From assembly GCF_032062105.1 (NCBI RefSeq), contig NW_026930996.1:62001-126000 (forward strand): a DNA stretch of 64,000 nt, written 5' to 3'. The DNA comes from Saccostrea cucullata (taxonomy: Eukaryota). The notes under the pieces were generated by a model. It ran no database searches. It was given only the letters and a program-made list of their open reading frames with translations, and was not told the origin of the DNA. Positions 24,901 to 37,163 of the stretch are shown here, in pieces (the first letter of the stretch is position 1; each line of letters starts with the position of its first letter). The translations under genes were made by a program, and so were the position numbers.

Positions 24901-27900
24901 GATGCTACAAGAATTAATTTTTCTTGAATACATAAGAACAATTATTTAGATAACCCAAATATTAATGCATTGAATGAATTTCAAATAAACTTTGTAATTG
25001 TATTTAAATCATCATATCATGTGTCAAATTATCACGTTATATTTTTCTTGAATTGCATTTTCAAAACAATTGAATTTCTCTTGAATTGCACAATACAATT
25101 GCAAAAAATGCAGCTCCAACACTATAAATAATTTTTAGAGGAATAGAAGAAGATTCCACCGTCTGGAAGAGTAATTATTTAGAATTGGAGAAGGAGATAA
25201 ATAGATTTTGTCACGATATATCGCCGTCTCTTCGGAACAATTCAAAGAATATAAGCACTCTCCGACCTGGCTCTAATTCGGTGGCGGCCCTTCAGTCCCT
25301 CTTAGAGGAAACCAGAACAAATGTTGTTAGCCGACTGCAGAAAATGGAGGAAAAAGACAGGTGAGAACGCCAGGTACTCAGGGTCCACTACCTGTAACTA
25401 TAGGTGTGTGTGGTGATGGTGAATTCAAATAAAAATTACTTTTTAATATTTGTATTTAATTCTTTTATTTTCTAGCAAAACTTTATTCTTATACTTAGCC
25501 TGTTTTTCCTATCTGGTAACTTTGAAGAAAAATAAATATTATAGATTTCTTTTTATATGAAAATACTTTTCAAATCATGACATACTTCATAAATCTATGA
25601 AAACCATAAAGTATTCGCACTTACTGTTCTTTCAAAAAAATCTACTAAGCATATTCTTTTCATTAATGATTATTTTTCTTCATCAATTTAATAATTTTAT
25701 TCATTTATTTTTATATGATCTGCTTTTTGACAATTTAAAGCACATAACATAGACTAACCTTTTCTTTATGGTAAAGGGATCTACCTTTAGTTGAATCTCC
25801 TCCATTTCTGTCTGTTCTCAGGATTTTACAGGAACAGGACCAACAAATCAGCAGACTCCGCGAGTCCAGCTCTCTGTTGAGTCAGTTGGTCAGCGAGATT
25901 GAAGCTTCCTTTAAACAACTTCCATCAAATGCACACCGTAGTGAAAGCACATTGTCTGTTCGAAGCAGCTCCAATCTTAGATCTATAGAAATGTTAAAGC
26001 ACATACGACTGTACATTAATGATTCTCTTAGGTAAACTAGAATTTGATGGGTTTTTTCTCACGTTTTTGCTTATTCTTTTTTCCATACAAATTTCATGAA
26101 TTTTTTCTCCGTTATTTATTTTAGATAATCTTTTTTTTTTGTCTTTTAAATGTTTTGTTATGTTTTTTATTCTTATTTTGCTGATAGATATTTAGTAGCA
26201 AAACTCGATCTTTCACAAATTTTAGTGCAACGGTGGGAAAAGACAAAAACCTCCGGGAAGTAGAGAACGATTTAGCGGCTCTGGAGAGTCGCATCATGAA
26301 TCTGGACACAGGGGTTACGCCCACTTATACTGAAGACAATATACACGGAGACACGCCCACTCCTACCCGACAGCTGTCAATCGTCAGTCAAAGTCACGAG
26401 GGCGTGACTGAGTCGTGTAGCAAGCTGCTTAAAAAACTGGATGTCGTACAAATAGGATTTGTACAGATTCAGACACAGAATAAACAAATGGTCAAGTTAG
26501 TTTGATAATTTTTATCAATTATCATTTTGTTTGATTGTTTGAAAAGGGATGTAGAAAACTAGATATATTTAGAATACACTGATATACATTTAGAATATAT
26601 GTTGAAATGAATGCATTTTGAGCAGTTTGTTCATAATTAAATACTTTTTTTAAAAAACTTTTAGCCTTCAATTAAAAAAAAGGTAAAATTTAAATAGAAA
26701 ACGTTTATGAAATAATTACATTTCTATAAATATAGAAATTATTGTATAGAAATTTCTATTATAGTGATATATATAAATCTTTTTTTTATTTTAGTGAAAT
26801 AAACTCCCTGAAGAAAGCATCAGATTCGTTAGCTAAGACCAAACAAGACCTAGAGGGGATTTGTAAAGTTTTGGACGTGTCGCTGCGGGACGTGGATACC
26901 TCCAATATTTCTCACGTGGTGAGGGTCTGTAAATCAGGGGCGGAGTCAAAGGTCAAGGAAGTGGACATTAAGGAGGGGTAAGTAAGGCCCTCTTAATAGG
27001 AGGAGGAGAGGTAGATATATATTGTGAGATTATAGGGAATTAATAGAAAAGGTTATACATGCCTTTATTGAGAAAAGAGCGTGAGGAAATGGTCAGGGAT
27101 GCTGTGATTGGTGTGACGTAAATATGAGTGTTTTAATTTTTATATAAACTTTTTAATACATTCAGTATTCAATATCAAAGTCCATAAAACAATTAGAAAC
27201 ATCAGATGAAACCGTGTGCTCCTTGTCAACGTAGAAAATTTCGTCATCAATTCAGTGTATGAATAATGGACTAACAATTAGTATGAAAAACGTCAGTCAG
27301 CATTTGACTCAATGATGAATTATATATGCTGACAAAATGATTTATATAAAAATATGCACATATATAAAAAAAAATTGATCCATGATAGAAGTAATTTTAT
27401 ATGATATTGATTACTACAAAACATCAGATTTCAGCATTTGGTCAGTTCTAACAAGGTCACTGAATGATAATTCACGATGACGGTAAAATATGGATCCTAT
27501 TATTAATCAGCCCGTATCAATGTCCTCTGAATGATTGCATGGTTCAAGACAAATTAATCACATTTCTGTCAATACCTCAATCTCTGGTCACAATCATGGT
27601 AGTATATCTAATAAAGTGACCTCTTACTGTTTACGTCAAATAGTCTGATGCTGCAAGCGTGTCGCTGTTATCATCAGCAATATTGTATATTTATAATCAG
27701 GTCGACATTAGATAGGTATAATCTAGCTGAGTTATTTCTCTTGTTATGCATTATTTCTGTTTTTTAGGATAATTCAGAGGACAAGATCAGACTTGGACAG
27801 ACTGAGGGAAGATATACACAACTTATGGGAATACGTCAGCGACGACAACTCTGGCACGCCAGGGGGAGACAAATCTGACAGAACTGCCTCTCGATCCAGT

Positions 27901-30704
27901 AACAAAAAACAATCTACCTCGGTCAAGGCCACGCCCTCACGCCCCTCCACCAAGGAGGAAATGGACCAGATTCTAAGACAATTCAATAAACTGAAGGGAG
28001 AAAACTCTACCTTATATGCGTACGTCTGAATACGATAACTATAATAATCCCATACAGTCAATTCAAGATTTATTTACCTTGAATAAAACTGCCCTTATTC
28101 ACATCTTTATATTTTTTTATTAACTTAATCTTTACCTTTTATATATTGTTATGAAGATTTCGTAATTATTGATTCAAGGACATTACAAGAAAAAGATGGC
28201 ACCGTGATTGATGCAGAGAGCAAACTGAAAGTAGAAAGAACGCACCTTGCTCAGCAGGTCAAGGACAGAGACGAGAAGCTGGCACAAACTCTTATAGAGT
28301 GTGAAAGGTCCGAGTCCCAACTAGGACGATTCACAAAGATAAAAGATTGTTTAAAATTGGAAAATTATATTTTTGATACGTTTAACATGAAAAAATCTTA
28401 CAATAAAGTAATTTTTTGAAATATATAAGAGATGCTATTAAATTATCAAAATTGACTACAGAGTGAAATTGCTAATTTATATTGTCCTAAATTGTTTTTA
28501 AGTTTAAAAACGGAACTTAATAAGGCCGTTTCTGAGAAAGAGAAAGCAGAAGAAAATGCAGAAAAAGAAAAATCAAGTTTACACAAACTCAAAGACCAGC
28601 TAGTAGAATTGGAGGAAGAATTCACAAAGGTCAAGGACACATATGAAGCGCGAGTGGATGACCTTCAGAAGAAACTCCGAGAGTCTGCGGAGGAGTCTGA
28701 TAAACTCTCCAAAGAAAACCAGAATCTGCTCACAAGGTACTTACCTAATGACCATTGTCTCCTTATGCCATAAAAATCATAAGTAAGGATACATTCATAT
28801 TGCGATCCAGAAGATGTCATTAATTGTTCATTAGGTCAGCAGATTCTAGCTGCATATAGAACACTCATTAGCTTAATGAAGTCCCGAGGTTAACCTCTGT
28901 CTTGGTAGATATTGTGATTGTTTGTCTAGGATGTGTTTGGTTTGCCTTCTGTCCAGAGCTATGGTTAGGTGAGAATGCACTTTTCCTCCAATTACTGCTA
29001 ATGATGACAAATAAATGTTCTTATGTTGAACAGACTGAGCTCTGTGGCCAGTGCACAGCTAACAGACGGTAACCCCTCCATAGCTGACCTCAGTGATATC
29101 AACAGGCCCACGAAGATCGCCGAGAAATTCTCCGAACTTTACGACAATGAATGGACGGAAGCATTCGAGGCGCTGACGGGTCAATATCATATGAGTGAGA
29201 AGGAAGCAGTAGACTCCCTGCTGAGGATCCTTAAGGTTTCTGTAAAAAAATTATTTTTAATTTGTAAACCGTAATATTATTTTAATAGAAATAGGCGTTT
29301 CTATAAAACACACCAACTTCAATATTTAGATATAATCTACATTTCCCTTTAATGAAATCGGAGATAACTAGCAATAATTAAGCTCAAAAATTTATTTTAA
29401 AATATTAAATCTAGAAGATCGAAAACGGATTTCCAAAACATGATAGGTGAGATCAGATGCCATAGACGAGAAAGCATACCCTGTCCCAAACTGACACTTT
29501 ATTATTTCAGCAATTAACTTTATAACTAAAGTAAACAAACAGTAACTGTTACATGCTTTATATAAGTGAGTACATTTTTAGGATTGTTACAACTTTGGTA
29601 AAGTGGCCGCCAGTGGCCAGTTATCCGAGCTCCACAAAGTTCTCCTGATGCTGCACACTTCCGGCAGGACACGAGAAACGGTTTGTGGCATTTTATCTCA
29701 AAGCTTAAAATTTCCCATTTATTATGTGACTCCTGTTGTCAATATGGCTACCCAAGAGAGTCATATGAACGCTGGAAAGGTTAATTCTGTAACCTAAAGG
29801 TACTGCATTCATAATCTAATGGAATAATAAGGACAATTCATTAAGTATCTCTCGAAATTCTTTTCAATTTGTTTCTTGTGTGATCCAATAATAAAAAGAT
29901 AAATATTCCCATTTCATTTTTGTTATTTTGTTATAACCTACGGACATTTCAGTCAATAGACGAGTTATTTTATATTCAATTATGGTATCAGCCAATTAGA
30001 GCGCAAACAAATAATGAAGGCATTAGCAAAAATTGTGATAGGGAATACAATAATCTCTTATTAAGATTAAATTTAACTTTTATTTTTAGCTTGTATTGTC
30101 TAGTATTAAAAAGTTATCGAAAGAGGAAATAAAAGCGGTCAAAGATTTAAGAAAGACTTGTGCTGTCCACGCAACAAGGGCAGTGTTAAAGGTGTGTACA
30201 TCAATAAAATCAACGTTTACTTAAATAATTCAAAAAATGTATCTTTATGAGTCTTTTCAAAAATCCACCTTTTTGGAAAAAAAACTCTGTTTTGTACTTC
30301 ATGTTTGTAAATATAATGATGTCCACTATCACATAAGTACAATACAATCTTAGGCGGGAAATTATAATAATACTTCTTTACAGGAGTAGTCACGCATCAT
30401 ATCTAATTTGCTTCTATTTCAGTTGTTCAATGACACTCCCGATGGGCGGACCGTGCTCAGTGACTCCCAGCAGTTGTCCTGTTCAAGTTTCATCTCCAGG
30501 GCCGTGGAGCTGTGCTGGTTCATGAATGTCCAGGACCCGCCTCTAGCAATCACGTGGTCTGTCAAGCCCGGCGAGAGCTGCGACACCTCGCGGTATAAAC
30601 AGTTCACACATTCCGGTCAGTTCGTGGAGTTCCTCGTTTGGCCTCCCCTGTACTTATTTAAGGACGGGCACCTGCTCAGTAAGGGTGTGGTTCAGTGTAT
30701 ATGA
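12977..30704 (+). CDS. Multi-exon coiled-coil protein with C-terminal MIEAP (mitochondria-eating protein, SPATA18-type) domain, about 1053 aa
   Basis: GT-AG exons joined in one frame with consistent phases: 12977-13046 (least certain), 14335-14548, 14704-14976, 17911-17973, 20539-20604, 22516-22590, 23573-23788, 25139-25360, 25822-26031, 26226-26495, 26795-26977, 27768-28019, 28179-28307, 28503-28736, 29034-29235, 29582-29680, 30090-30191, 30423-30704(TGA). Total 3162 nt. The middle is K/E/Q/L-rich heptad sequence. The C-terminus carries motifs I recognise as MIEAP-like (LTDGNPSIADLSDINRPTKIAEKFSELYDNEWTEAFEAL; ELCWFMNVQDPPL; FLVWPPLYL..GHLLSKGVVQC). Confidence 0.8.
13185..13857 (+). mobile_element. 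Penelope-like retroelement 3' portion
   Basis: Frameshifted RT tail, complete 3' module, TTTTCAT terminus. Confidence 0.88.
15097..15590 (-). mobile_element. Diverged Penelope-like 3' fragment interrupted by a MITE
   Basis: atgaaatattgggataatgaacagt terminus; gggatc|aggtgtcatgg is split by the MITE; tttaaacgagactg RT tail. Confidence 0.7.
15177..15385. mobile_element. MITE with ~37-bp TIRs and CWG target duplication (PIF/Harbinger-like)
   Basis: gccccaagaccgtaaactgagaacagacttaagtcaaa versus tttgacttaagtctgttctcagtttatggtctccaggc; flanked by ctg/cag. The host sequence is restored when it is removed. Confidence 0.8.
15948..16823. repeat. 55-bp minisatellite, 16 copies, inside a - strand Penelope-like remnant (about 15820-17130)
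   Basis: Unit catcccctgttaaccggtcacacatgtcgtaggtcctatgtattgattaggtaga; 12 units of 55 bp plus 4 units of 54 bp = 876 bp. Confidence 0.97.
18048..18842 (+). mobile_element. Penelope-like retroelement 3' portion
   Basis: KKKTLAVAFNSTFRYI.DNVLSINN (RT YIDD motif) through the thumb region and 3' module. Confidence 0.9.
18841..19445 (-). mobile_element. Diverged Penelope-like copy, tail-to-tail with the preceding copy
   Basis: atgaaaaata..aacagtgatcaaat terminus, aggtgggattggatgcctaggacgagtaagcatcccc module and RT tail, all in reverse orientation. Confidence 0.75.
19448..20052 (+). mobile_element. Penelope-like retroelement 3' portion
   Basis: RT tail (SQLIRYARACSTYEQFLK) and 3' module. Confidence 0.85.
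20839..20903 (+). mobile_element. SINE or partner-LINE 3' tail fragment
   Basis: cgtctccatatgagtgaaaa..gggacattaaacaa..caatcaatcaatcaa matches the tail at 4465-4520. Confidence 0.75.
21838..22352. mobile_element. Degenerate second copy of the 15177-15385 MITE with an internal insertion
   Basis: accataaactgagaatacacgtaagtcaaaattttaaatcaatat matches the left end; cttaagtctgttttgagttcagttcatg resembles the right end. Confidence 0.55.
22645..23460 (-). mobile_element. Old Penelope-like retroelement remnant
   Basis: Reverse-oriented RT tail (aagggaaattgacgatgaaaaagttga..gtttgtcata) and decayed 3' module. Confidence 0.6.
23981..24703. mobile_element. Non-autonomous DNA transposon with perfect TIRs, probably TTAA-specific (Kolobok-like)
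   Basis: 20-bp exact inverted repeat aaagaatgggtggacttaac (23979-23998) / gttaagtccacccattcttt (24686-24705). Flanks tcaa and ttac are each one base from TTAA. Possibly nested in an older element from about 23828 to 25125. Confidence 0.7.
27165..27340 (-). mobile_element. Short Penelope-like 3' fragment
   Basis: ccgtgtgctccttgtc..aataatggactaacaattagtatgaaaaacgtcagtcagcatttgactcaatga. Confidence 0.75.
29034..30704 (+). CDS. MIEAP-domain-encoding last four exons of the gene above
   Basis: Exons 29034-29235, 29582-29680, 30090-30191 and 30423-30704 have canonical splice sites. Motifs RPTKIAEKFSELYDNEW, CWxMxVQDPP and VWPxL...KG match the MIEAP C-terminal domain family (recognised from memory, no search run). 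Confidence 0.9.
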
Positions 30705-30794
30705 CTAATGTTCTAAACTTTTCATTCACAATAACAATTTGCCAAAAGTGGATGTATTTCTATATACTTTGTTCTGTTAATTGTTCTGTGAAAT

Positions 30795-30800
30795 AATAAA
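30795..30800 (+). promoter_or_regulatory. Candidate polyadenylation signal of the MIEAP-domain gene
   Basis: AATAAA about 90 nt after the TGA at 30704; a second AATAAA lies near 30880. Confidence 0.4.
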
Positions 30801-31752
30801 TATAGATTTTTATATTTCAATTGCTTGCTTGTCACTTGAAACCCATTTATATGAAAACGATGTAAAGCAAATGGCCAAAAATAAAGATCACAATGAAATA
30901 TTGCAGACATCAAATATTATAGAAAATCTTTATTTCAGTTTTGGAACCAGGGGGTTGTAGGAGCATGAACTGATTATAGAGAAATTTTTAAAAAATGACA
31001 AAATTAATTAAAACTTCTAGAAACTAAATGTAGATGTAGCATATAAGAGAGGCGGGTTCATAGTGATTAACAAATATGGGCTATACAAAAGTACGTACAT
31101 GAAATATGTAGAAGACATGGAAAAAAAATTTAAAAGTGGGATTTTCCTCATACAAAAATATATTTCTTGTATTTGAAACGTAATAAAACAGAATCAAAAG
31201 AAAATATCACTAAGAGATGGTATCACATTAGTTTTGACTGTTTTATCAGGTGAGGTCAATGTCATTACATGTACCTTTTCCCTGGGCATTAAAAATATTT
31301 TTAAAAAAACATTGCATCCAATTATGCGATATCTTTCTCTACTTCATACGTTTAAATGTTTTTCTTTTTGCACAAAAAGACATGACCGTATAAGGTATAC
31401 GTGATATATAGAAGATCTATAGATGATTACCTAATTGACATAAATAATTTAACAAAACTGGATTTTGGCTTATCCGAATAATCTCTATTTTTCATAAATT
31501 TGTAGGATATACTATCTATTTTTATATGCGCCCAATCTTAGATTTTTTCTTATTTTCTCATATGGCCAAACAGTTATACAAAATGCTACATGAACAAAAA
31601 GTTTTGATTGCTTATTTAGAGTGAAAAAACACTTTCTACGAATTTTTGGCTCATATCTATAGTTAGAGTGGAAGTTTCTTAAAGCTAACATAATTGTAGT
31701 TGTTTGGAAAATTATATTTATTTGATATATTTTAAAATTTTATTCTCTTATT

Positions 31753-31888
31753 AATAGAGTTTTATGAAGAGACTTACTTTTACATTTGACTGCTGACTTT
31801 TACATTTTAGTAATTGGAGTTGGTCTCTGTTTAAATTGTAAAATTAAGTCGTCGTTTGTAAAAGTAAGTCTATTTATAAAACTCCATT
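31753..31888. repeat. Inverted repeat / tiny MITE with ~32-bp arms
   Basis: aatagagttttatgaagagacttacttttaca versus tgtaaaagtaagtctatttataaaactccatt (about 28/32 complementary). Confidence 0.65.
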
Positions 31889-32164
31889 TATTTAACTAAT
31901 ATTTGAAAAATTCTTCAAGTCTTTGATCGTGTAAAAATTATTACTACATTCAATTTTCTATAATAATTTTGGGAATCGGAATATATTTTCATACGCCACC
32001 ATTCCGCTAAAATATAGTTCCTACTAGATTTCAAATTCAGTTTACAATACGATCTATTTAAAGTTGTACAATTGTGATGAGAAGAGAAAATATGATCTAT
32101 AAATTTCTGACATCTAAATATATGAGTTATAAGCAAATCGTACATTGAATTTATCATCTAATCA

Positions 32165-34215
32165 GAAACCAGAAAATAATCCAACCTTAAGATCAAAATC
32201 CATAAACAATACAAATCAGGAACAGAGTAAACTCGGACCTCCAAAACATCAGAGGTGGGATCAGGTATCACAGAGGGGTAAGCACCTTGTCATAATCAGG
32301 AATATCGGAAAATCCGGGGACAATTCAGTGTGTAAAAAATGGCTAAACAATAAGTATGGAAAACATCGGTCAGCATTCACTTAATGTATTTGCTGCAAGG
32401 TCATTGTATCGACCATAGAACTTACAAAATAATGAATTTAAACGAGACTGTTGATATCCATGTTTGAATAACTTGTTTGTCAATAAGTTACCTCGTTTTA
32501 GAAATTGTTCACACGAAGAGCATGCTCTTGCTTATCGAATCAGCTGAGAAATATAAACCTGGGCCCGTGTGCAAGTAATAAGGTTATATTGTTGCAGAAG
32601 TTAACAATTAAAAAGTTAAAGTCGTCACGTTAATCAGAAAACATTGTTGCTTGATTACCATTGACGTTTTTTTCTAGTAAGATATCCAAATGTGTCCCAT
32701 TCTGTTGTATCTTTAATTATTTTATTTCAAGCTCATCGGGACATATCGTATCAATATTTAAGGTAGGTCCGTACTTTCAAAATTTTCTGTCAAACTGATA
32801 ATTTTTCAATTTGAATACCTTGAATAAGTCTTAAACTTACTAAAACACCCATGAAAGACATATCTTTGCAGGTTAATTTTCATACAACATGTCTCAGAGC
32901 ACATACCTCTAAAAACTCAACAGCCAAAATTGAACATTAAGAAGTGTGATATAATATTTTATTTAGTTATACACCAAATCACATCAAATATATGTTAAAA
33001 CTTACGTAAATCAAAAATATTCATTTTCTAAGAGAATTTTTGAAATCTTTCTTGCAAATCATTAACAAATTGATGTTGAATCTGTCCATGTCTTTCAGAA
33101 AAAAAATCTCAAAATATCTTTATTTTTTATAATTCACCAAATCTAAACTGTTTAGGTGTCATTTTTTCTTTAAAACTATTAAGAATTATATCTAAAGTTA
33201 ACAAAAACACATACTTTATTATGGTTGACCAGAGAATTTTAACAAAACAGTCTTTTGAAGACGTATACCCCCATTTTTGGACTATCAATTTTTCCAATTA
33301 TTCAATGCAAATTTTTTTTTAAAAGTTAAAATTAAATGGATGATATAGGCTTAAAATCAATAATAATAGATCTCAAGTTAGTTTGCTAAAACGAAAATTA
33401 AAAAGCTTTACGTCCATAACAGCAATTAAGAATTTTGTGTCTTGTGTATGTACCGAATAACATAGATCCTATGGACAGAGTGCAAAGTGTAAATTTCCAT
33501 AGATAATGTATATTAAATGCTTAGTATGCATAATAATACGATAATAAACAAAATTATACTTGCTGAATTATTTTCAATCACCCTAATAGATTTTATTTCA
33601 ATAGACAAGTGACATTCAAATTTTATATTTATGTGTAAAATTAAAACCGGATCCGTAAAAGACAACTATGGGCCTTCCTTAAATGGAAATACACATAAAG
33701 ATTGTAAATTGACGATACGTTGTCGAGATATCTACGTAGATGTCAAGTTAAAGGCCACAAGACGTGTTTTCTTCTTTTCACTTAAAGTTTTTAAACAAAT
33801 TCTGCTTCACATAATTACAAAATTAGGTCTGTTAATAATGGGACAGAATTCGTACCCATAGGCATTTCAATAGATTGTTGGAAGACCTTGTCTCGGAAAA
33901 CCACATAGCTACTGTATAGGTATGCGGGAATATAAGCATCTCTTTTATATCAACTTTAGAGTACTTTTGTGTATATTCAGAATATTTAAACAAAATTATT
34001 TTGCAAATGACCAATAAAAAAAGCAGGTGTCAATAATGTAAAAAAGCCTTTTCATGTCTTGATTATAAAGTTGAAAATCGTAAGTTTTTATCTTGTTGAT
34101 TTCGGTAGAATTTCGTGATTTCAAATTTTCCGAAGACTCTTTGGAAGTGTTAAGTATCCACATCTGATTTACACCACTTATCAGATATATTGTTACAAAG
34201 TACTCCTGTTTAATA
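32165..34215 (-). mobile_element. Long Penelope-like RT remnant interrupted by a TTAA element
   Basis: On the - strand: SGVNQMWIL, DFSTL, MPMGTNSVP, YLDNVSSI-like motifs, the thumb region and the 3' module. Confidence 0.85.
32762..33678. mobile_element. Non-autonomous TTAA-target DNA transposon (Kolobok-like)
   Basis: TTAA at 32758-32761 and 33679-33682. Imperfect TIR ggtaggtccgtactt / rc ggaaggcccatagtt (11/15). RT coding sequence of the host continues on both sides. Confidence 0.7.
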
Positions 34216-34222
34216 CCAAAAT

Positions 34223-34867
34223 AACCAGAAGTCTCTGTCGAGACTGTAGCTCTACTGGTTTGTACTTATAACAAAGGATGAGAAAAGAAGCCACTGCCAT
34301 TAGATCAAAACTGTAGAAGGAGTAGCATTTTAAAGGAATTTCACAGAAAATTCTATTTTTAGTAACGATGGCAACACCATTCATCGAAATCGAAATCCGA
34401 TGCACTATCTTATGTATCTTAGTGTAGACTACTTGTGTGCCAAGTAATATTGAAATCAGACCAAAACTGAAGGAGTAGTGTTTTAAATGAATTTCACAGA
34501 AAATTCTATTTTTAGTAACCATGGCAACACCATTCATCGAAATCAAAAACCGATGCACTATTCTATGTATCTTAGTATAGTCTACTCGTGTGCCAAGTAA
34601 TATTGAAATAAGACCAAAACTGTAGAAGGAGTAGCGTTTTAAAGGAATTTCACAGAAAATTCTATTTTTAGTTACCATGGCAACACCATTCATCAAAATC
34701 AAAAACCGATGCACTATTTTATGTATCTTAGTGTAGTCTGCTTGTGTGCCAAGTTATATTGAAATAAGACCAAAACTGTAGGAGGAGTAGCGTTTTGAAA
34801 AATTGTTTACAGACAGACGGACGGAACGGACACCTTAAATAAGCTCTTCTGGTCTCTAAAGCTAAAA
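34223..34867 (-). mobile_element. Helentron-type non-autonomous element (pearl/CvA-like) with 156-bp tandem core
   Basis: Terminal hairpin agtctc-tgtc-gagact; subterminal repeat tagctctactggt/aagctcttctggt; about 3.2 copies of a 156/153/156-bp unit; acag/acgg microsatellite; A-run end. Confidence 0.85.
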
Positions 34868-35524
34868 ACGAAAACTAGACATGCGCTTTTGCTTTTTTGC
34901 AGTTTTCTATATCACCTCTTTTAATTAAAGGTTTTTAAATGAATAATCACTTAAATTGATTTTTAATTTTTGGTTTAAATTTCAGCATGATGTAGATAAC
35001 GCAACTGTATTTCTACATGGAATACAGATCTTCCAAGAAGGATAGTCATTAGGGCTTTAGCGTCAGGATAAAAAATCGATTTACGAGATATGATATTGCA
35101 GAGATTTATTAGACATTTTCTCGCGCAGATGCACCCTTAGGTTTGACGGCATTAAATTTCATGTTCATTAGATACAGCGACAAACTTTCAGAGTGATATT
35201 CACACTTTTGAATTAACTTAAGGAAAATCCTTTTAAATTTTGCAATTCAACTATCAAAATACCTTTAGATATACGAGATGATAAAATAATATTCCTGATA
35301 TACCGGTAACATCTATCTTTGTAATTATGGTATGTGTACGATTCTGAATAGTATTGATTGAAGAAACAAAATTTACTAGCGTGCAATAATTACAATTTCC
35401 CTTCTATATTCAAATTCAACCAAACAGCAATTTTGTATAAAGAATTTATTGTGTTTCATAAATATATCAAGATACACTGTATTAAAGTTTTTTTTTTTTT
35501 TTAAAAATGAGAGATTTATAAAGA

Positions 35525-35862
35525 GAGTCTCGTTTAAAGTCATTAATTTGTAAGTTCTGTGGTCGATACAATGAACTTGTCAGCAAATACAATCCACTGG
35601 GTCAAATGCTAACTGACGTTTTCATACTAATTGTTAGTCCATTATTTATACACTGATTATACGACGGAATTTTCCGTTATTTCCTGTTCATGACAAGGAG
35701 CACACGGCGGCTGTGACTGGTCGACAGGGAATGTTCACTCCTATATGGCACCTGATCCCACCTCTGATGATTTGGAGGTCCGTATTTGCGCTGCTCCCAT
35801 TTTGTATTGTTTTTGATAGACTTTTGATCTTGAATACTAGTCGTTATCTTCATATATTTCAT
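35525..35862 (+). mobile_element. Penelope-like 3' fragment
   Basis: RT tail end, 3' module, TTTCAT terminus. Confidence 0.85.
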
Positions 35863-37163
35863 TCTACAAAGTAATCTTGGTGGTTAATTAAAATTAAACC
35901 TTTGACATTTAATCACGTACTCTGGAATCACAGGAATTGATCCCATGGAGACCAATGGTCTCGGGTTTCGTTTCAGTCATAAACTCTGCATGATAGCGAT
36001 ATAATTCAGTGCTCAGCCATTAATACTCATTTTATTATATAATAGCGGAGTCTGAAATGCGAGTAATAGACACCAGAAATCAGATCGACATTACTGGATA
36101 GTTCCTTTGAAATCAAATCAAATTCATTTTAGTTACAAAACGTCTTTTTTATCATTTCATGAAAACGATGTATGTGTGCGTTCGTCATCGAGTCTCACAA
36201 CAAATCCCCTAGAAATGATGTCCTTAAATTTACAAATTCTGGTATACAATTTTTAGAATCAATACAAGACGTGGGTGTTGAAAATTAAATCGGTTTTCCC
36301 ATACTCTCGTCTCGGGACAGTATAATTATTAAAACTATAAACAGACAATAACTCTATAATAAAAGCGTCGAGACTGAAATGGATAAAATTGAAACCAACT
36401 TAATGTTAATACCTTTATATTGGATTTTTTTTATTGTCTACGTTAGATTGTACTAGAACTTATCGGGAAGATTTACCCTACATAGATTGATCCACATCTT
36501 ACTGTTTCATGTCTGTGTGTTGTCGCTCAGTTAGCTATTGTTTCTGCGGTGTGGACTTAACAGGAATTAATACAGACGTATTTATATCAGATGTACTAGC
36601 TTTGTTCAATGATATGTTTTAATTCAATTCTTTTAGATGTTTTTTTCTATATAAGTCAACATCACGTTATTGTTTCTCATGTTGAATGTATTGGTAAAAT
36701 GGTTCAATAAAATAATAGTTTCTGTCTCCAAAAATTTTAATTTTCGTCCTTTTAATTTGTCCATAAAAACAGATATCATGTTCGTTACCAGTTAGATACA
36801 AGCAATAATAGTGCATCTGTATGTGGATGCTTGAAATTAGCATGAGAAACCTCGTGACTGTTACTGAATCCTTAGCAGATTGTCGTCGTCTCAAAACTTA
36901 ATTATAGGGGAGAAACGTAGTACACAATGATAGAATTGTAAACTGGGGACCAGATAAATCCCACCAACGAGCTAAAATATGGCGAGTTTATTTCTTCTAG
37001 AGATGTCTATTCATTAGATAGAGGATTTATCACGAACAGAATGGACACGAAAATCAACCAATATGAGATTCTTTACATAAGGGACTTGCAGTATTCCTCT
37101 GTTATGTAAAGCTGCTAATTTTTTTAAGAGTTCCATAAGGTTTGTACTTACATAAATATTTAA

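Noticed and set aside
34193-34714. 173-aa ORF with three 52-aa repeats
   Set aside because: A by-product of the 156-bp (52-codon) tandem core of a non-autonomous Helentron-type element.
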